From Sphyrna mokarran (Eukaryota), in assembly GCA_024679065.1 (NCBI GenBank), contig JAGIQG010000012.1, positions 50,840,001-50,904,000 on the forward strand: 64,000 bases of DNA, read 5' to 3'. Both the position numbers and the translations under genes were made by a program. How positions within the stretch are numbered: position 1 is the first letter of the stretch; each line of letters opens with the position of its first letter. Positions 1 to 12,468 of the stretch are shown in pieces. The notes under the pieces are model-generated. The model saw nothing but the letters and a program-made list of their open reading frames with translations, searched no databases and was not told where the DNA came from.

Positions 1-80
1 AGGATAACCTCGAAAGCTTGTGAGTTTACTATCAAATAAATCGATTGGACTTGAACCTGGTGTTGTCAGACTTCTTACTG
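1..80 (+). mobile_element. End of a Penelope-like terminal repeat (3' half of a hammerhead motif, cut by the window edge)
   Basis: AGG-ATAA-CCT-C-GAAAGCTTGTG...AAATAAA...TTGGACTTGAACCTGGTGTTGTCAGACTTCTTACTG matches the termini at 16590-16662, 17311-17380 and 61641-61700. Confidence 0.75.
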
Positions 81-772
81 TCACTGATTCGTCAGTATAA
101 ATAGAATATTTAAAATTGTTGGGTGCAAAAGGCAAAATAATTCGTGATTTTAAATGATGCATGACAAACCTTAATGTTCTGCTTTTTCATTTTGTCGAAG
201 TTGCTTTTTGTCATCTTGTTGATTTTTGTATCAACAGTTCTAGAAATACTTTCTGATTTGATTTCAAAGTAGAATCATGGAATTGTCTACGGAAACCATA
301 AAAACAAAAGTATAGACGTTTCTGCTTATGAAGACTATGCTTTTTTATTACCTTAATTTTTTTTATCTTGCTGCTCTAACATCGACCATAAATTCACTCC
401 TCGGGATTTGTTTGAGTGACTTTGTGACCAAGCTGTAATTCAACCTGGGGACAGTGGCAGAGTTGTGCTGTCTGATGCAATCAGATCACAAATGAAACAA
501 TGCTTGTGGCTGTAAGATCATTTCAGACTTTGTTTCAAACCTCGTAGTTATAACAAGCAGCTTTATATTGCTGCCTATTGGTCAATATCTTGGAGAGCCA
601 GGAAAGCAGTCCTTCTAATAGTGCACATCGCAGCTGAATATTCAAGTGCTGAACAGTTCGTTGTTTGATTTTGTTTGTTGCTTGTTTTCCTACAGAAAAA
701 TCAATAATCAGGTTTTAATGTCTTTGAATATTTATGAAGACTGCTAAGCTGCCATTTTACTTTGACTTATTA

Positions 773-1054
773 CTTATTTATTTATTAGTCACTAGTAGGC
801 TTATATTAACACTGCAGTGAAATTACAATGAAAATCCCCTAGTCGCTACACTGACATCTGTTTGGGTACACTGAGTGAGAATTTAGCATGGCCAAATCAC
901 CTAACCGTTACTGCTTTTGGACTGTGGAAGGAAGCTGGAGCACCTGAGGAAACCCATGCAGACATGCGGAGAACGTACAAACTCTGCACAGTGACCCAAG
1001 CTGGGAATTGATTCCTGGACCCTGGTGCTGTGAGGCAGTAGTGCTAACCACTGT
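773..1054 (-). mobile_element. tRNA-derived V-domain SINE with a non-CR1 tail
   Basis: minus-strand head ACAGTGGTTAGCACT, V-domain (GGGTTTCCTCAGGTGCTCCAGCTTCCTTCCACAGTCCAAAAG), tail GCGACTAGGGGATTTTCA...ACTAATAAATAAA; the same tail recurs at 8401-8507 (+). Confidence 0.8.
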
Positions 1055-3864
1055 CGTCTATCTGCTTTTTCTGGTCATTACATTATTAATCTAGCTTCCA
1101 ATGATAAATCTAAACTGTACCTCAAGCTGTGAATAATGATGCAGACTATCTGACTTTCAAAATTATGTTATCACATTATTTCTGAATGGGTTTGCACCAG
1201 TTATAAATCCTTTTGAAATGAATTTCATCAGGATGTGAAAATCTCACTGCTAAATGTCAGTTTGGAGCACTCGGGTCAGATATAGAACAGAGTAGGTGCA
1301 GAATAAAAATCCCTTTCTAAACTTGTATCTCAAAGAAAAAAAGCTTTCATTCAAGATGGTGTGCTTTAACTTGATGCTACCATTCAAAATTCTTTAAGAT
1401 TTTCATTTTAGCTGCTCGTATGAAGTGTTTTGTTTTAATTATATCCAAGGACTTAAGTTATAATGCATTACAATAGTTATGTTTTATGAAAGTTCTGATT
1501 TGACTTGATTATTATGTTGTAAGTCACAGAGGATTACATTTACAGATTTGTATAGACCATTACAATCTCTGGGAGAGGAGTTTCTTTTCTCTTTCAATCT
1601 GGCTTTACATTATTATTTACTCTTGCAATTTGGAAGTTCAGTTTTTCAGTAGTGAACTGGTTGTATTTCTTCTTGGACTATGTTTAAACTGTAATTTTTT
1701 TTTAAAATGTATTTGAATTATTGGACAGTTGAGTAACTATGCTTAGTCTGTTGCTCTGTTTCACGTAGATTTCAGGTCTGGAAAGATTCAAACCACTTAT
1801 GAAGTTGCTGCAGAATTGAGGCCATGTAACATTTGAACATCTCCAGGATTTCAGCTTGTGTAGTTTAATCAAGAGAACATAGTACATAAAAGAGTACTTC
1901 TCTGCAATTATTTAGTCATTGTATAAACCACTGAGGATCAAGGAGATAAAGGATAAGTTAGGCAAGGTAAGAGGAGGCTTAATGATGGGTAATAGATATG
2001 AGGTAATAATAACCTGAGTTACATCAGTGAGAAAAAGTTTGAATAGAGGTTCTTTTCTGTAGAAGTATTTAGCATATCGTATTCAACCTACTGTAGGGTT
2101 AAACTGATTCATGTTAACAACTTAAAATGTGCTGGTATGGTTATTGTGTAATATATTTGAATTATTGCTTCAAATTGCTTCCAGCCCTATCAATATTTCA
2201 TTCAAATGTTGTATAACTTGAAATTCACTCTCAAGACACAATGGGAGTTTTGAAAGACAAAATTTGTGCCAGTAATTGTGACATTAGCTATTTCCCGTAT
2301 TTTGAACAGACTTAGTGTCACATTTGAAATGCTAGTCTTTAAAATGTTTCTGATATCCTACTGATAAAGTTAATTATCTGGTGCTACAGAAGAGCAAGTA
2401 ATTGAGAACATTGATAGAAATAGAGTATCCATTACTAAGTTTAGGAATACGATTAACATTTACAAGGAGCAAGGTATTATCCTTTCACGGAGCCAGGCAG
2501 AAGAATAGGTATGTTTTTCTGCACACTCTTTACTCTGATGCAGTTGTACTATTCCAGCTCATGGTATATTTGCCAGAGGAATGCCCATTCCCCTATAGGG
2601 GATTGCACCATTTTCCATTCTTGTCTGCTGGTATGTTCATCTCACCATTCAATTTTGTACTATCATATATTACTCCAAATAGTGACTGTCAGTGGAAGAT
2701 TTGAGAGCAGCCCAATGAACATTGCCTATTTTTAAAAATCTCTCTACCTGCACTAATATAGCTTGACTTGAACTCAGCACAGGTAGTAAGTGTACAACTT
2801 TTCCAAAACAATAAACAGAAATCCATTATTTTCAACAGTTTTCTGTAAGATAACTTATTTAAAGATCTGGCTTCATCTTTAAGATGATAGTTAGAGACAG
2901 TAGCTCCTTTGGATGCATTTAGAGGCAGTCAGAAGTAATAAATTCAGTTTTTGCCACCTTTGCTACTCTAGCCAATTCTGATATTTGGATTTAATTGGAG
3001 TTTCTCTGCATAACGTAATGAAGGCAAGGATTGTCGGAAGATTTCCGCAACAGTCTTGACTACCCAATACAATATGTACTCATTTGGATGAAAGCATGTT
3101 CACTTTCCTGTTGAAGAATATATTTTTTCATTTTTCCTGCTGCAGGTTGCTCTCTCCCTTTGGCTGTGCAGCTTCAAAAAGCAGAGTTCTCTTCAAATAT
3201 GTTAGTTGCTGTTAAGGCCTTGAGGAAATCCGAATGTAGACTTTGTTTCCTGGGTAATCATTCATTAGTCCAATTTTGATCTTATTGATTTTGGACTATG
3301 CAGAGCTGTGCACATAAGGGGATTTCCAAGAAGGAGTTTGTTATAGATGCTGTGCTGAACTCCTTGTTGTTAGGCAGCTTAGCAAATGTGAATTATTTTG
3401 TCAAATTGAGAAGTTCCAAGTTAAATGAAATATGTATTTTTTTTGCAATTCTATAAATGTCTTTTTATAAGCCTGTATAATGGATCATGTCCTAGTCTGT
3501 ATTGTCTGATGTAATTGTTCTTTTGCAAACCGAACATAGGAAAGCATAAGACTTATGACAATTCCATTAAGTAAGTTATGGAAATAAGGGTATTCTATTC
3601 AACCAACCCATGCATAGTCGGGTGGTGTGCACGTCAAGTTATAAGGAGAAAAGGCTTGCATGTGAAAGTGATGCCGAGCAAATGTGATATCTGCTTGTAA
3701 GTTATAATTCACAGCTCTTAAAATTGTCTGTAGACCAAAAGGAAGCTTTTTGACCTTTCTATTCAAATGCACACCTCTTCAGCTTCTAATGTTCTTGCCT
3801 CCATGAACTTAAAAGGTTCAGATTCTGCTGTTACATAATGATGCATACCAAGCCTTAATTTAAC

Positions 3865-4316
3865 TATCACTCCTGTTCACATTCAAGTTGCATTGCCTCC
3901 TGGTTAAGCAATGCCTCAGTTATAAAATCCTCATCCTTGTTTTCAAATCTCTCCATGATCTTGTTCCTCCCTATCTTGTAATCTCCTCCAGTCCTATATA
4001 TCTCCACAATATCTGTTTTTCCATTTTCAACCTCTTGAACATTCTGCACTTAACCATTCCACCACTGGCAACTGTGCCATCAACCACTCAGGTCCTAAAC
4101 TCAGGAATTCCCTCACTGCACTTGTCAGCCTCACTTCCTCTTGATTGCTTCCTGTAAGATGCTCCATAAATCATACATCTTCAACCAAGCTTTTGTCATC
4201 TGCCCTAATATCTCCTTTTGTTGCCTGATATCAAATTATGTTAAATTATTCTCCTGTGAATCACCTTGAGACATTTTATTGTGTTGCAAGGCACTGTATA
4301 AATATATGTTGGTGTT
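3865..4316 (+). mobile_element. Degenerate L2-clade LINE 3' end
   Basis: LHCLLVKQCLSYKILILVFKSLHDLVPPYL resembles the L2 ORF2 C-terminal LHWLPV...FKILxLxFKxLHxLAPxYL motif; L2-type tail ...AGGCACTGTATAAATA. Confidence 0.7.
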
Positions 4317-4740
4317 ACTACAATATAAACAGCACTATTTATAATAAGTATACTAGAGTTTTGAACTAAAGTTAGACTTATTAGCAGGAATAGAAAAGGA
4401 CAAAGAATGGACAAAGAATTAGATATGCTGAACCCAGATGCCACAAAGGAACAAAATTAACTGAGAAATAGAATGATCACCTCAAGTAGCAGCAACAGTG
4501 GAAGGAAGTGTAGTGAAATACATCAAGAATGAAGAGAAAATGAAGTAACATGCTTTTAGCTAAACTTTTAGATTTTGATGATAGTCATTGTTGTTTCTAT
4601 AGGTAAATATGACTGTTGCAAAACATGAGCAAATTCCCACGGAGGTGAGATAAATGACCTTGTGGTATTAGTCAAGGAGTAATTGTTGACTGGGCAGCTT
4701 TCTGTTTTACTGTGGAAAAAGTACAGTTTTATACTACCTA

Positions 4741-5530
4741 GTAAGTGTGAGGTTATCCACTTTGGTAAGAATAATGGTAGGAAGGATTACTATTTAAATG
4801 GAGAAAAGCTGCAGCATGCAACGGTGCAGAGGGACCTGGAAGTCTTTGTGCACGAATCGCAAAAAAACAGTATGCAGGTGCGGCAGGTGATTAAGAATGC
4901 GAACGCAATGTTGGCCTTTATAGCTAGGAGAGGTTCTGTTGCAGCTGGATAGGGTGCTGTGAGGCCGCAGCTGGAGTACTGTATGCAGTTTTGGTTGCCG
5001 CATTCGAGGAAGGATATATTGGCCTTGGAGGAAGTGCAGAGAAGGTTTACTAGGCTGATACCAGAGATGAGGGCATTGGATTATGAGGAGACACTGAATT
5101 GGCTAGGTTTGTACTCTTTGGAGTTTAGAAGGCTGAGAGGGGATCTTATAGACGTATAAGATAATGAATGGGGATGGATAGGGTAGAGGTTGAGAGACTC
5201 TTTTTGCTTAGCAAAGATAGTGGGACTCGAGGGCACAGCCTCAAGATTGGGGGGAGCAGTTAAGATCAGAGTTGCGGAGGGGTTTCTTCACGCAAAGGGT
5301 GGTGAATCTTTGGAATTCTCTGCCTGATGAAGTGGTGAAGGCTTCCTCGCTGAATATGTTCAAGTCAAGAGTGGATAGGTTTTTGATTGACAAGGGAATT
5401 AAGTGTTACGGACAGAAAGCGGGAAAGTGGTACTGAACCACTACAGATCAACTATGATCTTATTGAATGGCGGGGCAGGCTCAAGGGGCTGGATGGCCTA
5501 CTCCTGCTCCTATTTCTTATGTTCTTATGT
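4741..5530 (+). mobile_element. 5'-truncated CR1 LINE inserted in an old minus-strand Deu-type SINE
   Basis: KCEVIHFG, RPQLEYCMQFW, LGLYSLEFRRLRGDLI; terminal TTCTTATG repeats; SINE-like halves at ~4600-4735 and ~5535-5710. Confidence 0.9.
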
Positions 5531-5981
5531 ATGTTTTCCATCCAGGTATACCATCTTCTGTTAACATGCAGTTAAAAATACCTGTACCTTCAATAATCCA
5601 GTTCCCCTCAGTCCTGCACTAGATATTAATTGGAATTGTGTTTTTAAGACTTGGATTAGAATTTGAACCTTTGATTCAGAGGCAACTTCTATTGCTGAAA
5701 CAAACTAGACTTGTAATGATCAATTTGCAATACATATCTGAAGCCCATTTGGGTGTAGGTACAGTCATTCAGGCTCATGATCTAGTAGAGAAACAAGTTC
5801 TTAAAATTCAAAAATGGGAATGACATTGGCAATACAATGAAATGGTGGAACATGGACAGAAAGATCAATGACATCACTTCGTGGAAAAGCCTTGAAGGCA
5901 ATTATGCATATAGGACCTGAACTTTGTGCTAAGTGAGGTGCTGAATTGTTTCAACCCCACACCTTAAGATTGCATGTGTCT

Positions 5982-6172
5982 TAGAACATAGAACATTACA
6001 GCGCAGAACAGACCCTTCAGCCTTCAATGTTGCGCCAACCAATTAAGAAAAAGCAATGACCCTCTAACCTAAACCATTTCCTTTTCATCCATAAACTTAT
6101 CTACTAACCTCTTAAACGCCCCCAAACTTGGCGCATCTACAACTGCAGCAGGCAGGGCGTTCCATACCCTTA
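5982..6172 (-). mobile_element. CR1 3' terminal fragment, same young family as 61763-64000
   Basis: nearly identical to 61763-61952 by direct comparison (TAGAACATAGAACATTACAG...TTCCATACCCTTA). Confidence 0.9.
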
Positions 6173-6509
6173 GTGTCTTGTTGTGATCCAGTTAGGGACT
6201 GTTAATATTTAAAGTGAAAACCAAATGTCTTGTTTTAATCAGTAGAAATATACCACAAGAAAACTTCATTGCATATAGAACAATTTAAAAAAATTAAGTA
6301 AACATTATAACTTATACCCACATATGTCAGGCCCTTAAGTTTATTTTTGTTTCCTCCAGCAATTCTCTCATTTGTTATGATATCTGACTTCTACAGGGAG
6401 CAGTCTTCTAGAAACTATTGTTTAAATTCTCCTCTGCTCAGTTATTCTGAAAGGTATAACTTTAATTTACCATTTCTTGAATACAAATACAATGGTCATT
6501 GTTCAAAGC

Positions 6510-6897
6510 CTCCTTACACTACAGAAGGAGGCCATTTGGCCCATTGAGTCTGCACTGACCAGAATCCTACTCAGACCCTCTCCCTGTACCCCACATGTTT
6601 ACTCTGTTTGTAAAAGAACAATACAGCACAGGAATTCTGAACAATTCTGCCCTCCAAGCCTGTGCTGTTCATTGGTCCAACTAGACCATTCGTTGTCCTC
6701 CCAACACTAAGAGGCAATTTACCATACCCAATCAAACTCACCTGCATCTGTTTCCTTCCACAATCCAGACATGAGCACCCAGAGAAAACCCATGCAGAAA
6801 TGGGAGAATGTGCAAATTCCACACATAGTGACCTAAGCTAGGAATTGACCCAGGTCCCTGGTACTGTGAAGCAGCAGTGCTAACCACTGTGCCAGCC
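6510..6897 (-). mobile_element. HE1-like V-SINE with a nested CR1 3' tail (~6612-6698)
   Basis: minus-strand head GGCACAGTGGTTAGCACTGCTGC, V-domain and CR1-type tail; the inserted AAAAGAACAATACAGCACAGGAA...CTAGACCATTC piece resembles 19834-19915. Confidence 0.8.
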
Positions 6898-7489
6898 TGG
6901 TTACTTTTCCAATATTTCTAAGCTAATCTGCTAATTGTGTTCTTTGTCACAAGCCTCGAGTAGATTCTTCCATTAGTTTCACGTGAAGCAAAATTCAGTT
7001 TCTGTTCCCTCACCTGTATTCTGCACAATGAATGCTGAAATTAATTTTTTACGCTGCTTGCAGTGCAGATCTATACAACCGTCATTTACTTTAGCCATCT
7101 TCTCTGAACTGTAAACTGCACACATCAGTTGCGTACTGCAACAACTGAGCTTGAATGGCTCTGCATTCCTATCAATAGGCCCTCATTCTGATTCAGATTG
7201 CACAGAAGTTTTGGCTTCCACGCTTTAGGTTCAGTTTTTGTTTCCTTAGAAACTGGGAAGGTCAATTTTCTTTCTAAATTTCCCTTTTTCTGTATTTATT
7301 TCCATATCTATTTTGATTTCAATTTCTGTTTTCAGTTGGGTGATGCATTGTTTAGGTTTATCCACTTGATGTTTTATAGCTGTATCTCTTTTTTAACCTT
7401 TTAAGGGTAATAATTTCCCACTTTATTTATGATACATTTACCTCATCTTTTGCAGTTTAATTTTAATTTTTAAAACCACATTATTTTTA

Positions 7490-8765
7490 TTTGTTCATAG
7501 GTTGTGGGTATTGCTTGGTAAGCCAACATTTATTATCCATCCCTAGTTGTCTCAAAGGCGGTGAGCTTCCTTTTTAAACCTCTGCAGTCCATTAGTGCAG
7601 GTATAATAAAAGTGCAGTTATGAAGGGAGTTCCAGGATCCCTGTTCCCCATGTCATTGAATGAATTTATATAATTCCAGCTGAAGATGATATGTAACTTG
7701 GAGGGGAACTTGCAAGTAATGTTGTTCCCTTTCATCTGCTGCCCTTGTCCATCTAGGCAATGTAAGTTGTGGTTTGGAGAGTGCTGCCTCAGGAGTCTTG
7801 GTGAGTTGCTACAGTGCATCCCTGTTGATTGCACTTGCTGTTACATTGTGCATTGGTGGTGGAGGGAGTGAATACTTAAAGTGGTGAATGCGGTGGCAAT
7901 CAAGTTGGGCTACTTTGACTTGGATGGTGTTGAGATTCTTGAGTGTTGTTGGAGCTGCTTTCAGCAGGTAGATGGAGAATAGTCTATCATACTCTTGATT
8001 GCACTGTAGGTGATGGACAGGCTTGGGGAAGTCATGAGATGAGTTGCCCACCACAAAAATCCTAATCTTTGACCTGCTATGGTAGCCGCAGTATTGATAT
8101 AGCTGGTCCAGTTCTGTTTTCCTGTCAACGTACCCTTAGAATGGGGGAATTCAGTGATGGTAATGAAATTGAATGTCAGGGAGAGATGAGTACATTCTCT
8201 GTGGAGATGGTCATTGACACTTGTGTGGCATGAATGTTATTTGCCACTTATCAATCCAAGCCTGGATATTGTCCAGTTCTTGCTGCATATAGACACTAAG
8301 GGATTGTGTGTCCATATGGTATCCATTCAGTGTCCATACGTCTTGTTGCATATGGGCATTGAATGCCTAAATGTCTATATGCAGCCCTCAGCATATCTGA
8401 ACAGGTGCCGGAGTGTGATGACTAGGGGATTTTCACAGTAATTTCATTGCAGCGTTAATGTAAGTCTACTTGTGATACTAATAAATAAACTAAACAAACT
8501 AAAAACTCAGTGCCAATTGATAGCACTGTTGATGAGACCTTGTCACTTCCTGATCAAGTATAGGCTGATGGGATGATAAATGGCCAAGTAGACTTATCCT
8601 ACTTTTTGTGGACTGGACTTATTGGGCAATTTTCCACATTGTTCGATAGATACCAGTGTTGTAGCTGTACTGAGACAACTTGGCAATGGGCATGATTAGT
8701 TCTGGAGCACCAGTCTGCACTATTAATTCCAGAATGTTGTCGGGATCCCTTAGCCTTTGCAGTAT
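7490..8765 (-). mobile_element. Old degenerate non-LTR retrotransposon (CR1/L2 supergroup, not canonical CR1)
   Basis: remnant peptides AAPTTLKNLNTIQ, MHCSNSPRLLRQH, ENCPISPVHKK; related fragments at ~39860-40150, ~41260-41700, ~42420-42510 and ~43245-43480. Confidence 0.65.
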
Positions 8766-10535
8766 TAGTATTAGTTTTTAGTAGACTAAAATGCATGAAC
8801 TAGACTGCTGTGGAAATTATCCACTGGTACTTGCAAAGAATTAGTGCTGGAAATGGAAGATATGGATTCACTGGAGAAATTAATTTACACTAAGGGGTTC
8901 ATTTCTGGATGGCCCTCCAAAATATTTGTTTAGTTACATAACCAGTTGTTTATTGACTACAAGTCAATATGGCAAATTGGGAATCCAGGTATCTCTAATT
9001 GCATTTTTGATTAAATTAAAAGATTAGATGAGAGGGCACTCAGTCATGTGATCCCAATACTCATATTTTGTCAATGTGAATCCTGAGTACTTTTGCACGG
9101 TTGTAGGTAAAATAGTCAGATGAAAAGGCAATTATGTGTGTTATTCATATATGCATGTGAAATATATTCATCTGTATTGAGTTTACTTAGAATGTTTTTG
9201 AATGAAGTTATTGCTTTTGGCTAAATTGGTGTCAATATAGTCACACCTGCCGCTTGTCAGCAATTTCTATTGAGTAACACTGCTCTAATCAAAATGGCTG
9301 AGAATGCCAGTCATTCTGTAAGCTCACAAGCTTAAGGAAAATTACAAATGGGTGGTAAAACAGGTTTAATTGATAAATGAGCTGCTTTTTGAGCCAGCTG
9401 CTCAGGCACTATTCTGTGAGCCTTTGCCGAGAAGGGAGCAATTCACAATGTTCAGCTTCTGCCGATGGTTGTGGACTGCTTTTTGGAAAGTTAATGTTTG
9501 AAGGAGGAAGGGATGTTTAACCTGCTTCATCTTAGGCAGAGAAATATGCAACTTTTTACAAGTTCAATCATCCTTGCCCTGTGCTGCTAGACAATGTGGA
9601 GATATTCAAATAAATAGCTATATGCCTCTCATCTGCTCTTAAAATACTCGTTAAAACTTTGACCAATCTTTTGATTAGCTATCCCACTGTATCCTGATGT
9701 GGCTTGTGTCAGATTTTGTTTGTTGATGCTGCTACAAAACACCATAGGACAATTTGCAACATTAAAGTTGCGATGTAACTCCAAGCTTTTGTTGTATGGC
9801 CTCACATTTAAATTTAGAGATTCTCCAAACTTGCTGTTTCGTGGTTAGTGAACACCTTGTTTTATATTTTGAGCTAAGGAACTTGAAATAAATTGGCAAT
9901 GTTGCTCAGTTGCTGCTCTTTTTATGTTTAGATAAAATAGAATTTTAAATCCATAGCCCAAATTGCATGGGCGGAATGTCTATTCTGAAGAAAGGGACAT
10001 GAGTGTTTATGACATGTTTAGAATGATCAATGTTGGGCAGTGCTAGATTGAGAGATGTAGTGCATATTAAATCACAGTATTAAATTAGTTCATAGGGAGT
10101 GGTTCTTGGCAATGAAACAGCAAGTATTATTTAGTGCAACTGAATTGTTGACACCCTGTTTCCGATGAATGGTCTGTTTTGATCTTGAAAAAATAGTCAG
10201 GAACTCATTCATCTCTTGGATTTAACCTTTATGAATAATCCCATATTATAGGGACAGCATCTTTCATTCAATAATGAGACCAATAATCTGGTTTTGCACT
10301 AATTTTGTAATTGTTAATTACTACAAATCATAATTGATATTGACTAAAATTGACAAAGCAAGGTTGTATATAAAGGTGATAGATAATGTGTATCCAAATT
10401 TATTTTTCCAATAATTGAATTTCTTTATAATTGTACTTGTAAGTAGTCTTCTTTGACATGGGTTTACAAACTGGAATAACTTGATGTTAAAATATATTCT
10501 TTATATTTATCATATTCATTTAATGTTCAGTGACC

Positions 10536-10730
10536 TGATTTTGAAATTAATTGTTGTCCTTCTGTTGCCTACTCTAAATTTGCCTAATTTTTGAGCCTAT
10601 TAATATATGCAGAACTTTATCATCAGTGAAATGAAGTTATTTTAAGAAAATCATTCTAAAAGGCTCTCAAATGGTGATTGGTTAAATACTTTTTGTGGTG
10701 CGGTGTTGAATTTGACAATGACGTTCCAGG
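10536..10730 (+). repeat. Direct repeat, copy 1 (~195 bp)
   Basis: aligns with 10984-11177, including a 48-nt identical core TGAAATGAAGTTATTTTAAGAAAATCATTCTAAAAGGCTCTCAAATGG. Confidence 0.92.
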
Positions 10731-10877
10731 AATCATTGCACAACTAAATAAGACTTTTGTCAATCTATGTAGGAATAAAGGGAAGTATTGTAATTCTCTT
10801 GATTTGTTATATTGTGAATTAAAGAGTATCTTAATTTATAATATAATTAATGCCAACATTTTTTTGGTTTATTGTAG

Positions 10878-10928
10878 GTTATTAGAGGTTTATTAAAATT
10901 CTGGCCAAAAACTGTCAGTCAAAAAGAG
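10878..10928 (+). CDS. PPP2R5A: PP2A regulatory subunit B56-alpha, internal coding exon (VIRGLLKFWPKTVSQKE)
   Basis: attgtag|GTT...GAG|gtaagt; 51 nt, phase 0/0; peptide matches the B56-alpha motif VIRGLLKFWPKTxSQKE. Confidence 0.95.
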
Positions 10929-10983
10929 GTAAGTTCTTTGCTTTTCCCTCTAATCTATCACGTGAGTAAATTACTGTTATGTA

Positions 10984-11177
10984 TGATTTTGAAATTAATT
11001 GCTGTTCTTCAATGCCCTACTCTAAATTTGCCTAATTTTTAAGCTTATTGGTATAAGCAAGACTTTATCATTGAAATGAAGTTATTTTAAGAAAATCATT
11101 CTAAAAGGCTCTCAAATGGCTGGTTAGATAAATATTTTTGTGGTGTGGTGTTGAACTTGACAGTGAGCAATTCCAGG
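10984..11177 (+). repeat. Direct repeat, copy 2 (~195 bp)
   Basis: aligns with 10536-10730; lies on the other side of exon 10878-10928. Confidence 0.92.
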
Positions 11178-11603
11178 CTTGATACTGATTGGTGCTGAGT
11201 TCATTGTGGAAGGCTGGAAGTGGATGGTCACAGCAATATAAATGTTATAATTGGCCTCTTGTGTTCCCATCCTGGTGTGCAGTAGGGAAGTTATCCAGAA
11301 TTTTGAGAGTGGGATATACAACTTTCATATTTTTAATTGGTTTTAATATTAAGATTTCCTTAATTTTTTTCAAGATTTGGATATTTTTGGCTAAACCACG
11401 TTTATTGCTGACCTAAAAGTGATAGTGGGCCTGCCTTTGTTATGCCCTAGATCTTTTTTTAAAAAATAAAATAGTTTTAGATAAGGATTACTCTGAGTTG
11501 TAAAATTGATTTCCAATCCTATACAATAGAAAATGAATAAATATTTTGGAGTTTGACAGATTTATCTATGACTCATCAGTGCAACTCTAATTGCTGCTCT
11601 TAG

Positions 11604-11723
11604 GTTATGTATTTGGGTGAAGTAGAAGAAATTTTGGACGTGATAGAACCTTCTCAGTTCAAAAAGATCCAAGAACCTTTATTCAAGCAAATAGCTAAGT
11701 GTGTGTCAAATCCACACTTCCAG
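11604..11723 (+). CDS. PPP2R5A: PPP2R5A coding exon ([40 protein letters not shown])
   Basis: ctcttag|GTT...CAG|gtgag; 120 nt, in frame with the previous exon; B56 HEAT-like repeat sequence. Confidence 0.96.
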
Positions 11724-12109
11724 GTGAGCAGTTTGTACTTGATGAGCACAACTATAATAATTATTGCACAGTCCTGATATGTATCTGTAAATCATAATCA
11801 TTTCCCTGTTGTGATGATGAACAATGTTCATTAAATAGATCATTGTGAACTTTTCCATGATACTAGCAACCAAACAAGAATCCTGAATCACGTGAAATTT
11901 TTTTTTAAAACAAGTGAGAGAATTTACTTTCAGGTTTTTTTGTGAAATTAACTTACCCAGCAAAGGATATTATAAACCTAAGACAGCTTTCTAAAATAGG
12001 ATACCTATAATAGATAAAAAATGCATATACTATTAATGCTGTAATAAATTAATGGTATCACTCTGTCAACCTCTCCTTATCTGACATTTAGTACCAGTTA
12101 AATAGAAAT

Positions 12110-12445
12110 TTATTTCAACTAAATATTGGGAAGACAGAAGCCATTGTGATAAGTTTCTGCCACAAGCTCTGCTCTTCATCCCTCTCCCATGCAATTGTTT
12201 AAGCCTGAGTCCAATTACTTGTGATCTTGATGTCGTATTTGACCCTGAGATGAGCTTCTAATCACCAGTCTACACTGTCATTAAGGCTGCCTTATCTCCT
12301 CCTTTATAACATCACTTAATTTCTGCCCTTCTTCAGCTGAAATCCTCATTCATGTCTCTTTGTTGGACCTTTCCAGTTTCCTACTGGCCAGTCTCCCATC
12401 GTTCTTAAACCTAACTTTATCCAAAGCTCTGTTGCCTGTATCTTG
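12110..12445 (+). mobile_element. Degenerate L2-clade RT fragment
   Basis: LNIGKTEAIV, LDVVFDPEMSF, AEILIH and IQSSVAC-like remnants typical of the L2 ORF2 C-terminal part. Confidence 0.6.
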
Positions 12446-12468
12446 GTAGTGAACTGCTTAAGTTACTC

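Noticed and set aside
1-10877. Upstream PPP2R5A exons (e.g. LAYCVVQFLEKD..., IINGFALPLK...)
   Set aside because: I could not find these motifs with splice sites in this interval; they probably lie upstream of the window, making this stretch intronic.
10536-11177. Assigning the direct repeat to SNORA16B (which I recall lying in a human PPP2R5A intron)
   Set aside because: No sequence resemblance that I can recognise and no clear double hairpin; kept only as an untested ncRNA hypothesis.
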